The translations under genes were made by a program, and so were the position numbers. From a virus, in the IMG/VR virus record IMGVR_UViG_3300046054_000005, positions 1 through 62,273 of that record: a stretch of 62,273 nucleotides of DNA. One strand, written 5' to 3'. This document shows positions 26,106 to 35,071 of this stretch, piece after piece (positions within the stretch are counted from its first letter, which is position 1; each line of letters starts with the position of its first letter). Under the pieces are notes generated by a model, which had not been told where the DNA came from, searched no databases, and was given only the letters and a program-made list of their open reading frames with translations.

Positions 26106-27284
26106 ATGAGTAACGCTCCCGGCTATGCCCTCGACAATAACGAGGCTGTTCAGAAAATGAGCTCGCTCCGCATCACGGGCAACGTCGTTCCCGGCATATG
26201 GTGGCAACGCCTCCAGCGCGAGAGCGGGACACCGCACTGGTTAGCGATCATGATCTTGGCAGATACGGTCTACTGGTACCGCCCGATTGAGTACCGCGAC
26301 GAGCAAAGCGGGCGGTTCGTCGAGTACCGAAAACGGTTCGAGAGTGACCTTCTGCAACGGAGCTACGACGCACTGGCCGACCGCTTCGGCGTCAGTAAAT
26401 CAACCGTTAAGAAGGCGGTCGTTTTTCTCGAAGATCAAGGGTTAGTAGAGCGCCACTTTCGCGAAATCGAGGTGCGCGACCTCAAACTGAATAACGTACT
26501 ATTTCTGGAGCTAAAGCCGGATGCAGTGGAGGCGTTGACCCACGGAGACGACTGGAACGGGAACCCACAGCGCGAACGGGGGGAACCCCCAGCAGAGGGG
26601 GGGGCAACCCACAGCGGGACGGAGGGGGTGCGCGATGGTAAAGGAGGCGGTCCCACAGGGGGGTACACAAATACAGGGGGTACACGTAAGACTACACAAG
26701 GGGGTACACAGGGGGAAGGCACCTCACTGCGTGAGGTGGGCACGCCCACGTGCGCGCGTAAGGAGGACCCCCCAGGGGGGTTAACACAGCCCGTAAGCCA
26801 GAGGGGGGATGGGGCAACAACGGAGGAAGCGGTGGAAGTCGAGGTAAACGAGGGGGGTTACGACGGCGGGTCGTTAAGTCAGGCGCTCGAAGACCTGGAG
26901 TCGTGCGACAACCTCGGTGCAGAGAACTGGCATTTAGCGACTGTCTTTCGAGACTTGTTCGCACCCGCAGACGGGCCGCGCGCGTGGGTCGGGCGCGTGG
27001 GGAAGCTCCGCAAGAAGCTCGTCGGGATGGATCTGGGTTCGGGGACGCCGCTCGGCGAGCGCGGGGCGTCGCAAGCGTTCCTGTGCAGCCTCTACGACAT
27101 GGTGCAACGCGAAGAATTCGCCCCCCAACCCGACAACGAAGCCTACACCGAAGCGCTCCCAACGCGCGTGTTGAACTACGTCACCAAGACCATCCACAAT
27201 CGCCAGCAGGAAGATGAGCAACTCACCAAAGCAGAGAGACGAGAACGCAATTTCGCAAAAGCTCGCGCGGACCTCGGGATCTAA
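26106..27284 (+). CDS. Replication-initiator / replisome-organiser-like winged-helix protein.
   Basis: The N-terminal third is wHTH-like (DRFGVSKSTVKKAVVFLEDQGLV). It is the first gene of the operon that contains DnaB, and it has internal iterons. Confidence 0.5.
   Translation: MSNAPGYALDNNEAVQKMSSLRITGNVVPGIWWQRLQRESGTPHWLAIMILADTVYWYRPIEYRDEQSGRFVEYRKRFESDLLQRSYDALADRFGVSKSTVKKAVVFLEDQGLVERHFREIEVRDLKLNNVLFLELKPDAVEALTHGDDWNGNPQRERGEPPAEGGATHSGTEGVRDGKGGGPTGGYTNTGGTRKTTQGGTQGEGTSLREVGTPTCARKEDPPGGLTQPVSQRGDGATTEEAVEVEVNEGGYDGGSLSQALEDLESCDNLGAENWHLATVFRDLFAPADGPRAWVGRVGKLRKKLVGMDLGSGTPLGERGASQAFLCSLYDMVQREEFAPQPDNEAYTEALPTRVLNYVTKTIHNRQQEDEQLTKAERRERNFAKARADLGI
26658..26865 (+). repeat. 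Iteron cluster inside the initiator gene (candidate origin).
   Basis: GGGGGTACAC at 26659, 26676 and 26700. Related GGGGGGTTAACAC (about 26775) and GGGGGTTACGAC (about 26853). Adjacent palindrome cacctcac-tgc-gtgaggtg. Confidence 0.5.
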
Positions 27285-27699
27285 CTCGCTCCGCAACATC
27301 CTCGGGGACGACCTCGATTGGGCGAAGCAAGAGAACCTGCTGGGTGAACACCTCGACGCCGTGCAGGGCGTTGCTGAACATTTTGGGTTGGACCTCGAAC
27401 CGGAGCGCGTCAAGACGCTCGTTCGGGGCCTCTCCCTGCACAAACTCACGAAGCGCCAGACCGTGAACGCAGTGCGCCTCCTGCTGCATGACACCGATTT
27501 CAAAGAGGGCCTGCGATATGGGGCGACCTTGCAGGCGCTTGACTTCGTGATCGTATTGCCGGAGGACGGAGCCTACTACACCGAACGACAGGTGGACCGC
27601 TTCGACCGCCTGACGGACTACGAGAAAAGCGTAGACTTTCACAAGGTCGGAGGCCCCGGCGAGAGAGACTGGATCTTCGATGCACCAAACACACCATGA
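27214..27699 (+). CDS. Hypothetical protein (helicase-loader position).
   Basis: 161-aa ORF with a single ATG, overlapping the initiator gene by 71 nt. Its ATGA overlaps the DnaB start. Confidence 0.4.
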   Translation: MSNSPKQRDENAISQKLARTSGSNSLRNILGDDLDWAKQENLLGEHLDAVQGVAEHFGLDLEPERVKTLVRGLSLHKLTKRQTVNAVRLLLHDTDFKEGLRYGATLQALDFVIVLPEDGAYYTERQVDRFDRLTDYEKSVDFHKVGGPGERDWIFDAPNTP

Positions 27700-29069
27700 G
27701 CAAGCCTGACCTGCACACCGCGAATCCCAAGATCGAGCGGATGGTGCTCGCTACGCTGATGAACGAATCGTGGGCCGCTTCGGTCGTGATGCAGGTACTT
27801 GATGCCAACGCGTTCGACGTAGACGAACACCGACACATCTTCGAGGCTGCCGAATCGGTTGTGGACGAGGGCAAGGGCGTCGCGCTGGACACCGTGACGG
27901 CTGCGCTCGACAATAAGGCGCTTTCTACCGACGCGACAGATGTATATACGTCAGAGGTAGTGCCGTCCCGCGACCGCCTTCACGACCTGTGCCTGATCCT
28001 TCTGGAGCACCAGACGGGACGAAGGCTGGCCGACACGGTCCATCACGGAGAGGAGCTTCTTCGACAAGATTCAGTGGACTACCTCGACGTGCAGGCGAGG
28101 CTACAAGACCTCGTGTCTCGAAGTTTGCCGACAGAAAGCCAGCGCGGGCTGCACAAGATCAGTGAGCACTACGCCCGAATGAAGGACCGCTCCGAACGCG
28201 CTGCTGACGGGGCGGGCGTATTCATCACGACCGGGCTTCCGACACTGGACGAGCAGATCGGCGGTGGATACGAGGCAGGCACCTACGTTGCCGTAGGCGC
28301 AGATTCTGGGATAGGAAAAACCTCGCACGCGCTGGGGGCTATGCGCCGCCACGCTCTGCGAAAGACGGAGGACGGGTACGAGGCGAAGGAGGACAACACC
28401 TGTGCTCTTTTCTCGACCGAAATGAACGGCGAGCGGTTACTGCGGAGGGTGGTCGGTCCGATGGCGCGCGTCGAGCCGGGCGACATTCGTAAGGGCACGC
28501 TGACAGCGCAGGAATGGAAACGGCTGGACGAAGCGAAAGGCGTGCTCGACGAGGCCGACCTATTCCTCGACCACTGCCCCGGCATAACGGTTGAGCGGCT
28601 CTGTCAGCGCGTGCGGCGCGGGGCACAGCTATACGACCTCGACGTCGTGTACATCGACTATCTGCAAAACCTCCATTCCGAAGACTACTTCGGCGGTAAT
28701 AAGGAGCGCTTCGACTACGTCAGCCGCACCTTGAAACGCACGGCAGAGGAGACAGGGGTGACAGTGTGCGTATTGAGTCAGGTGAGCATCCCCGATGACG
28801 GCGATCGCCGTCCCGACGTGGACAGCCTGTATGGAACGACAATGATTCGCAACGATGCCGATGTGGTAGTGACGATCTACCGGGCAGAGCACTACGGCTT
28901 CGAGCGCAGCAAAGCGCTCGATTTATCCGCCGACCGCCTGGCCGAGTTCACGGTGGGCAAGGTGCGCGACAAGCACTTAGGTTCCTTACGAGAGCGCACC
29001 GTACTGGCGACGTGGCATCCGGCCTATGCGACCTTCACCGATGGCGCACCGGAAGACGCGCCTTTTTAA
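27696..29069 (+). CDS. dnaB: Replicative DNA helicase, DnaB family.
   Basis: N-terminal DnaB-like domain plus a RecA-type core: GLPTLDEQIGGG, Walker A GADSGIGKTS, DVVYIDYLQ. Confidence 0.85.
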   Translation: MSKPDLHTANPKIERMVLATLMNESWAASVVMQVLDANAFDVDEHRHIFEAAESVVDEGKGVALDTVTAALDNKALSTDATDVYTSEVVPSRDRLHDLCLILLEHQTGRRLADTVHHGEELLRQDSVDYLDVQARLQDLVSRSLPTESQRGLHKISEHYARMKDRSERAADGAGVFITTGLPTLDEQIGGGYEAGTYVAVGADSGIGKTSHALGAMRRHALRKTEDGYEAKEDNTCALFSTEMNGERLLRRVVGPMARVEPGDIRKGTLTAQEWKRLDEAKGVLDEADLFLDHCPGITVERLCQRVRRGAQLYDLDVVYIDYLQNLHSEDYFGGNKERFDYVSRTLKRTAEETGVTVCVLSQVSIPDDGDRRPDVDSLYGTTMIRNDADVVVTIYRAEHYGFERSKALDLSADRLAEFTVGKVRDKHLGSLRERTVLATWHPAYATFTDGAPEDAPF

Positions 29070-29140
29070 AGAATGCTTTTTTTGCGAAACAACTTCTACC
29101 AAGTCACATTTACCCTCTCGCAGAAACGCCAAACACACCA

Positions 29141-29386
29141 ATGCGCTACCCCGTCACGACACCCGACCAAATCAACGTCAGCACTAAGCTGGCGCTGGCT
29201 CAATGGTCGGACTTCATTTACTCCGATCCCGAATGGGAAGGGAAAGGAGACGTGGTTCGCCGTCACGACATGCCGGGTGGTGTATCGTGGTACAGCGTCG
29301 GGGGTATCGTGGCGCTATGCGACCGCCCGCTTGTGGCAAGCGCCCGCGAGTTACGCATCATCAACGTACCCATCGGCGTAAATTGA
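29141..29386 (+). CDS. Hypothetical small protein.
   Basis: ATG at 29141 preceded by the leader caaacacacca, inside track ORF 29012..29386. Confidence 0.45.
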   Translation: MRYPVTTPDQINVSTKLALAQWSDFIYSDPEWEGKGDVVRRHDMPGGVSWYSVGGIVALCDRPLVASARELRIINVPIGVN

Positions 29387-29417
29387 ACGGCCATTCAAAA
29401 CTGTTCACCTGTTATTC

Positions 29418-29618
29418 ATGGAGGATGCGCTTGACGTGCTGTACGTGCAACGAAAACTCACCCGCTGGGACGACCTTGAGATTCGCCTTCCGGTAGGCGA
29501 CCACCTGTCGCTAAACGGGCCGGAAGGGTCGTGTGGGTGCATACTGGCGTACCCGACCCGCGAGGCTTTCGACGAAGCGCACCCCGGCGAAGAACCGTTC
29601 ATCTTGAAAACAGAGTGA
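29418..29618 (+). CDS. Hypothetical small protein.
   Basis: 66-aa ORF. Confidence 0.4.
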   Translation: MEDALDVLYVQRKLTRWDDLEIRLPVGDHLSLNGPEGSCGCILAYPTREAFDEAHPGEEPFILKTE

Positions 29619-29619
29619 C

Positions 29620-29913
29620 ATGACGAATCCCCCTACCGAAGTCGAACCCGATACAAAGTGGGTCTCCAGAGCGGCGCTGGAGCGTGCGCAGCACGACGGC
29701 GACGAGTGGTACGACCCGCTCGACGAGGCCGGGTATGTAGAACGGTGTCGCGAGGAGGGGCTGGAATGGCTTCGCAAGAACTGGCACGAGTTGCCCCCCG
29801 GCGAGCGCGATGCGCTCAAGCACTACCTAAACGAACTGTGCCACGACGCGGAGGACGTGGCCGCGTACCGCCGCTACCTCAAAAAGCTGATCGCGAAGAT
29901 CAGGTGCACCTAA
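29620..29913 (+). CDS. Hypothetical small protein.
   Basis: 97-aa ORF. Confidence 0.45.
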   Translation: MTNPPTEVEPDTKWVSRAALERAQHDGDEWYDPLDEAGYVERCREEGLEWLRKNWHELPPGERDALKHYLNELCHDAEDVAAYRRYLKKLIAKIRCT

Positions 29914-29917
29914 CGCC

Positions 29918-31054
29918 ATGAGCAAAGAATCGACATACGGTGATTCGCAACTGCCCGCCGTCGCGGACATGCGTGAGCGGATACAGTCTCACGCGCAGAG
30001 GGGTATCGACGCCCTGCCGGAGACGCTGACGATGGACGAGGCCGAACCCTTCATTCGGTATTACAACAGCCTGTCAGAGGTCGGGCAGGACCTCGACTGG
30101 ATAGCGCGTTTCGTGCTCGGAGAGGCGACTCGCCGCATACGAGCAGGGACCCCCCACGGCGAGGTCGGGGCCATGCTGGACGAGGTAGGGCAGCGGTTCG
30201 ACATTCACCCGCGCACAATCCGCTACGCAATGGGGTGCGCTGAAGCCTTCAATGGCAATCTAACAATGTTCGTGCGGTGGCTCGACAGCGGCGACTTTCA
30301 GAAGCGCTGGCACCACATCAAGACGATCGTTCGCAAGAAGGTCGACGTGCGGGAACTCGGCATCGGTAGTCTGAACGAGGAGATCACGCGCAAGGTAGAG
30401 GGGGCAGCAGAGGATCTCGAACAGATCAACGACGAGGCCGACAAGCGAGACGCGGAGGGCGCAGCGCAGCAACTCGTCACGGAGGCGGACCGATACCGAC
30501 AGCAGAGCAAAAATGCTCGCGCCGAACAGAAGGAGGACGTTGCGCTCTCGCACTTCGACCGCTGGCTGGCGGAGCTTGACTGCGCGGGGTGTGGAAAGCC
30601 CGCCGAACCGGGGCAGGACGAGCATCGCAGCATCCGCAAGAATGACCCTCATCACCTTGCCCCAAGCGCCACGGCACAGAAGCAGTCAGAGTGGGCGAAA
30701 GTGCCGCTCTGCCGCGAGTGCCACACGCGCATCCATAAGGGGTACACGGCCTTCAAGGAAGAGACGGGCGTCGATGTGCGATACGCGCTGGCCGACGTAC
30801 TGCACCGTTGGATCAGCGACGGCGAGCGGCTACGACTTCCCGCCGGGCTGGAAGGTCACTACGAGAACCCCGCCCCATCCGACGACCTGGAATCGTTGCT
30901 AGAGCGGCACAGCGAAGCGCTGAATGGTGAACCGCCCACCATGCGAGGTACGCCCCTTCCGAAAAGCGTTCGCGCCGTGTGGGACGAACTGGACGCCGCA
31001 GCAAAGGCGGCATTGAAGGAGACTGTCGAAGCAACCCCTCAACCAGACCAATGA
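29918..31054 (+). CDS. Protein with a C-terminal HNH-type nuclease motif.
   Basis: CAGCG ... DPHHLAP ... VPLCRECHTRIH near the C-terminus. Confidence 0.5.
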   Translation: MSKESTYGDSQLPAVADMRERIQSHAQRGIDALPETLTMDEAEPFIRYYNSLSEVGQDLDWIARFVLGEATRRIRAGTPHGEVGAMLDEVGQRFDIHPRTIRYAMGCAEAFNGNLTMFVRWLDSGDFQKRWHHIKTIVRKKVDVRELGIGSLNEEITRKVEGAAEDLEQINDEADKRDAEGAAQQLVTEADRYRQQSKNARAEQKEDVALSHFDRWLAELDCAGCGKPAEPGQDEHRSIRKNDPHHLAPSATAQKQSEWAKVPLCRECHTRIHKGYTAFKEETGVDVRYALADVLHRWISDGERLRLPAGLEGHYENPAPSDDLESLLERHSEALNGEPPTMRGTPLPKSVRAVWDELDAAAKAALKETVEATPQPDQ

Positions 31055-31731
31055 CCGTTCAAGCAAAAGAGCGCCCGGCTATCTTTAGCGGGTGGTCCGT
31101 CTGCCGCATGTGGGCGGACGAAAAGATCCAGACGCGGCGGATCATCAAGCCGCAGCCGCCCAGCGATGTGTTCTCTGTGATGCGGGATAGCATGGGTGAC
31201 GATTGGATCGGTACAATTGGTTTTCGTGAGGACCCGATAAGGTGGAGTGCAGAGTGTCCGTTCGGCAAGGCTGGCGATATTCTGTGGGTGCGCGAGGCGT
31301 TCCGGTTGCCCGCCTCGTTTGACGATAAGACACCTCGCGAGTACGTGGACATGTGGGACCACGCGGAAGCTGCTATCGCGAATACCCACTACTGTGCGGA
31401 CCGTCGCCCCGATTCAGAAAAAGGCGTGCTGGGCCGCAAGCGTCCCGCGATTTACATGCCGCGTGAGCTATGCCGCCTGCGCTTACGCGTGCAGAGCATT
31501 CGGGCGGAGCGGTTGCTGGAAATTGACGAAGTCGACGCGATGGCGGAAGGCGTAGAGCCGGTCACGCGCCGGAGCGCCAGTGTCCACGGCGGCGATACGA
31601 GAAGTGCGGTAATCGCTTTTAAAGAACGCTGGAACGAAATTCACGGCAGGGGGTCGTGGCAGAGGAATCCGTGGGTCTGGGTCGTTACCTTCACAAAACT
31701 CGATGAGCAACCGTGGCTGTTCCTCAACTGA
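31051..31731 (+). CDS. ASCH-like domain protein.
   Basis: Start at MTVQAK gives an ATGA overlap. KIQTRRIIKPQP ... GDILWVREAF resembles the ASCH pattern. Confidence 0.4.
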   Translation: MTVQAKERPAIFSGWSVCRMWADEKIQTRRIIKPQPPSDVFSVMRDSMGDDWIGTIGFREDPIRWSAECPFGKAGDILWVREAFRLPASFDDKTPREYVDMWDHAEAAIANTHYCADRRPDSEKGVLGRKRPAIYMPRELCRLRLRVQSIRAERLLEIDEVDAMAEGVEPVTRRSASVHGGDTRSAVIAFKERWNEIHGRGSWQRNPWVWVVTFTKLDEQPWLFLN

Positions 31732-31796
31732 AATCTGACTGGCCGATTCGCGGTCGCTTTCGAAAGCAACACCAGCCGTACGCTGTGCGCATTTGC

Positions 31797-32015
31797 ATGG
31801 CGACACTGAACGAAATTGGCAAGTACCATGACTGCGAAGTTGTAGTGGCTGGCCCTGAACATGAGAAGAAAGACGGGGCGTTCCTTTACATCGTTGTTAA
31901 GACGACGGAAGGCACGCTTACGATCAAGGACGGATGGATCGCCGAAGACTCGCAGGGGGAGCATTACCCGATCTCTCACGACGAATTTCGCCGCATTTAC
32001 GAACCCGTCGAATAA
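31797..32015 (+). CDS. Hypothetical small protein.
   Basis: Internal ATG of track ORF 31713..32015. Confidence 0.4.
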   Translation: MATLNEIGKYHDCEVVVAGPEHEKKDGAFLYIVVKTTEGTLTIKDGWIAEDSQGEHYPISHDEFRRIYEPVE

Positions 32016-32018
32016 GAT

Positions 32019-32216
32019 ATGGACACGCGAGTTCGCTGCGTAGGTTGCAACCGCACGGTCAATGACTGGATCGAGGTCGATGGCGTGCAGTGGGAGCCGA
32101 ACTTTCGAAAGGTGCGCGGCGAGTGGCGATGCTGGGCGTGCCGAAAAGAGCAGAGACACCCGTCGATGCGGGAGGCATACATGCCGGAAGGCTTCAAAGT
32201 CAACGAGCAATCATGA
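32019..32216 (+). CDS. Small zinc-ribbon protein.
   Basis: CVGC ... CWAC Cys pairs. Confidence 0.45.
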   Translation: MDTRVRCVGCNRTVNDWIEVDGVQWEPNFRKVRGEWRCWACRKEQRHPSMREAYMPEGFKVNEQS

Positions 32217-32237
32217 ATAAGCAAGACGCTCGACCAT

Positions 32238-32507
32238 ATGGAACCCGAAGACGTTCCAGAATGCGACGACCTTTTCGGCTTTCCCGAACCGGAGGAGGAG
32301 CCGCGAGAGTTGGCCTATCGGCGCGGTTACCGTGCCGGCTGGATTCACGCTCATAATCAGGTTCGCGATTTGATGTTCAAGCATGGACACACACGAGAGG
32401 AGGCCGTGGCAAAACTTTTTGCGCATTGGCACAACGAACTACTGCGCTGGAAGCATCGCGGCGAGGATGGCAAATTCGAGGTGCCACCACCAGTTGATTC
32501 CTCTTGA
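32238..32507 (+). CDS. Hypothetical small protein.
   Basis: 89-aa ORF. Confidence 0.45.
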   Translation: MEPEDVPECDDLFGFPEPEEEPRELAYRRGYRAGWIHAHNQVRDLMFKHGHTREEAVAKLFAHWHNELLRWKHRGEDGKFEVPPPVDSS

Positions 32508-32531
32508 CTTCTACACACACCAAATAGACCA

Positions 32532-32696
32532 ATGAGTGAGCAATGCGAGGCTATTACGACGGAGGGCGTGCGGTGCAGGAGGAACGGCACGCGGTGGAAG
32601 CTCGACGCGACGGGCCGTATCCGGTGGGTATGCAAAGAGCACGACGACCCTCGCCAGCACTTTTTAACAGACCCCATGACGACAGCCAATGAGTGA
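32532..32696 (+). CDS. Possible 54-aa Cys/His zinc-ribbon peptide.
   Basis: ATG ORF read by eye, below the track cutoff: CEAITTEGVRCRRNG...WVCKEHD. Leader is accaATG. Confidence 0.35.
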   Translation: MSEQCEAITTEGVRCRRNGTRWKLDATGRIRWVCKEHDDPRQHFLTDPMTTANE

Positions 32697-32934
32697 TCGT
32701 GAGACTCAAGAGGCCATTAATGAGACGCTTCGCGAGATCGTGGACCGTCTGGACGAGAAATGGAAACAAGAGCGTCGCAAGCGTGAACTAAGCCAGGATC
32801 GCCATTTCAGGTGCTATCACTGGATGCTGTTGGGGGACGAGAATTTCTGTTGTGAGGGAAAGATCCAGACATATTTCCACGCAAAGAAAATCGTGCGCGA
32901 GTACATTGAGCACCTGCCTCTCCCCAAAGAATGA
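32689..32934 (+). CDS. Hypothetical protein, paralogous to the N-terminus of 37051..37680.
   Basis: ETQEAINETLREIVDRLD compared with ETQKAINETLREIAERLD. Confidence 0.45.
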   Translation: MSDRETQEAINETLREIVDRLDEKWKQERRKRELSQDRHFRCYHWMLLGDENFCCEGKIQTYFHAKKIVREYIEHLPLPKE

Positions 32935-33362
32935 GCACGCCAGACGCCGACTTTGCCCTTGACCTTCGCGATCTCGTGCCGCAACCGGACACGTGCGAGA
33001 TGCTGGACGAGCGTGGGTTCGACATGGTCACCCATTTTTTCTGGGATCACGACCGTCTTTTGCGTGCGGAGAGGGGGTACCAGCCGTCTCCCAGCGCGGC
33101 GCGGTTACCTGCTCCGACCGCTGCGGAGTTGGGGCGGGTGCTGCCGCGAGAAGTCAGGTACGAGGGCGTACCGTATTCCGTTCGTGTAGAATTAGGGTTT
33201 GTGTACTACACTGTGTTTTACATCACTGGCGACGAGCGGATGATGTTTGGCTACGAAAGCGCAAAGACCGAAGCGGAGGCCCGTGCGCGGTCCTGGCTAC
33301 GTCTCGAATCGGCGGGGTTGCTTGATCAAGATTTTTCATCAGACACTAAACGCCAACCATGA
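32931..33362 (+). CDS. Hypothetical protein.
   Basis: 143-aa ORF with an ATGA overlap. Confidence 0.45.
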   Translation: MSTPDADFALDLRDLVPQPDTCEMLDERGFDMVTHFFWDHDRLLRAERGYQPSPSAARLPAPTAAELGRVLPREVRYEGVPYSVRVELGFVYYTVFYITGDERMMFGYESAKTEAEARARSWLRLESAGLLDQDFSSDTKRQP

Positions 33363-33781
33363 GCTACCAAGCGAGCGAGCCAAACGTCAAACTTACAGCC
33401 GGGCCGTGGAGCTGGACGTCGCAGATGGGCGAACCGCCAAGCTGCTATCGGGCACGGGTGTGGGATGACGAGGGCGAACTTTTGGCAACGCTGGAACCTA
33501 CGCCCGACCCGGTGGAGGCAGGGGATACCGCGCGCTTCATCGCGGTAGCGGGCACCCTCGCGAGCCAGCTTCCCGAAGGCTGCGACCCCCTCGGGACGGT
33601 AAAGGCGCTGCCGAAGATGGCGAATGCCCTGGTTCGGGTGCGACATTACTTGGTCAAGCTGGAGCGCGATGGAGACCTGGGTCCGCAACAGCGTTCGCTT
33701 CTTGCCGACGTTGACAAGGCCCTCAATGCCACAGAGACGCCGCTGACCGATCGACTTTCTCAACAAATACAAGCCGACTGA
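33359..33781 (+). CDS. Hypothetical protein, paralogous to the C-terminus of 37051..37680.
   Basis: ARFIAVAGTLASQLPEGCDPLG compared with ARLMAVAGTAVSKLPEGCDPIT. Confidence 0.45.
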   Translation: MSYQASEPNVKLTAGPWSWTSQMGEPPSCYRARVWDDEGELLATLEPTPDPVEAGDTARFIAVAGTLASQLPEGCDPLGTVKALPKMANALVRVRHYLVKLERDGDLGPQQRSLLADVDKALNATETPLTDRLSQQIQAD

Positions 33782-33785
33782 AACG

Positions 33786-34076
33786 ATGACAATGAACTAC
33801 GAGAACCTACCCGGCCCGGTCGATCCAATCTGGGCGGGTGACTGCACTCGTCGAGTGGTGCCCTACCTTCCTCCTCGCGCAGAGGTATTGGCGGTGAAGC
33901 AGAAGGGGCCAAGCACGGCAGTGTACATCAACTGCACTCCGGCTCTTGGCGAAGGCGCAACTCGACGTCTCGCCAGTGCCCTCCAGCACGATCCGGCGTT
34001 TAAAGAGCTATTCCACTTCACGCAGGGTCGCGAGATGGCCGTATATTTTACCACACCCAGCGGGGTGAAGCTCTGA
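33786..34076 (+). CDS. Hypothetical protein.
   Basis: 96-aa ORF. Its last 17 nt overlap the tRNA-like gene. Confidence 0.45.
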   Translation: MTMNYENLPGPVDPIWAGDCTRRVVPYLPPRAEVLAVKQKGPSTAVYINCTPALGEGATRRLASALQHDPAFKELFHFTQGREMAVYFTTPSGVKL

Positions 34077-34134
34077 TGGTACGAGCGCTGGCCTTCCAAG
34101 CCAGAGGTTGCAGGTTCGACTCCTGCCCCCCGCT
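34060..34134 (+). tRNA. tRNA-Gly(UCC)-like gene with an irregular acceptor/D junction.
   Basis: Manual cloverleaf. D stem gctc/gagc with GG in the loop. Anticodon stem ctggc/gccag with loop cTTCCaa. Variable loop aggtt. T arm gcagg-ttcgact-cctgc. The acceptor has 6 GC pairs plus one extra or mismatched nucleotide. No CCA is encoded. Confidence 0.5.
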
Positions 34135-34146
34135 CCCCATAAAACC

Positions 34147-34392
34147 ATGAGCCATTCTTGGCGCGAACGTGCGATTCGGGAAGCCTTCAAGCGCGCGGGC
34201 GTGAGAAAGAAAAACCTTTACGCTGACGTCGGCCCCGACTTCGCTCGGGTTTGCGTTTACACCTCGCTCGGAAAAGTCAAAACAGATGCCATGCGCGAAC
34301 TGATTTATCGGCTCGACCTCTTTACTGGCGACCGTCATGTTCTCGTCACCGAAGGCCGCCGTCAAATGCCCCGCATTATCATCGAAGCGTGA
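34147..34392 (+). CDS. Hypothetical small protein.
   Basis: ATG at 34147 (MSHSWRER) within track ORF 34108..34392. Confidence 0.4.
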   Translation: MSHSWRERAIREAFKRAGVRKKNLYADVGPDFARVCVYTSLGKVKTDAMRELIYRLDLFTGDRHVLVTEGRRQMPRIIIEA

Positions 34393-34423
34393 ACGGCCTT
34401 TTTCACTTTTCCAACCTTCGCCA

Positions 34424-34627
34424 ATGAGCAGCAACGAACGCCTCAACCGCCGCGTCGAGGAAGAACGCCAGCACATGAGGGCGAACGGCGCTCCACCTGA
34501 CCCAACGTGGAGCGAGGCGCACGAGTCGCTAATGGCGCAGTGCGGGTATCACCCTGATACGGGTCTCTGTCAGAAGGCGGGGACCGAGTATTGCGATTGG
34601 GAATGCCCGTTCACATGGGACAAATAA
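34424..34627 (+). CDS. Hypothetical small Cys-containing protein.
   Basis: ATG at 34424 (MSSNERL), leader gccaATG. Confidence 0.4.
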   Translation: MSSNERLNRRVEEERQHMRANGAPPDPTWSEAHESLMAQCGYHPDTGLCQKAGTEYCDWECPFTWDK

Positions 34628-34639
34628 CAGCCTTCTATT

Positions 34640-35065
34640 ATGCCGATCCGCTTCTACACTACATCAGTCGATGCCGGGAAGACAGCCCGCGAAATGCAAC
34701 AGGTCCTTGCCCGGGCGGATGCGAGCCGCGTGGCAATGGACTACGGTGCAGAGGGGCACCCGATTGCCGTTCAGTTCGTGCTTGAACTGGACGGTCGCCC
34801 TTTACCTTTTCGGATACAGCCCGATGTGGCGGGGATGAAAAGAGCCTTGAATGAAGACGAGGATACGCCCGGCGACTTCGACGTCAAGCAGGCCCGCCGT
34901 GTAGCGTGGCGTATCTGGAAAGAGTGGCTCAACAGCGTACTCGCATTCCGAAAGACCCGGCAGGCACAGTTGGATCAGCTTCTGCTTGGGTTCGGCCTCA
35001 CCCCAGACGGGCGCACCGTCCACGAACGACTGCTCGACGACAAACGACTTCTCGACACCTCGTGA
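34640..35065 (+). CDS. Hypothetical protein.
   Basis: 141-aa ORF. Confidence 0.45.
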   Translation: MPIRFYTTSVDAGKTAREMQQVLARADASRVAMDYGAEGHPIAVQFVLELDGRPLPFRIQPDVAGMKRALNEDEDTPGDFDVKQARRVAWRIWKEWLNSVLAFRKTRQAQLDQLLLGFGLTPDGRTVHERLLDDKRLLDTS

Positions 35066-35071
35066 CTTCCC

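Noticed and set aside
34060-34134. The tRNA-like segment as an attP core for integration into a host tRNA gene.
   Set aside because: No integrase or other site-specific recombinase is recognisable anywhere in the genome, and nearly the whole cloverleaf, not just a 3' fragment, is present.
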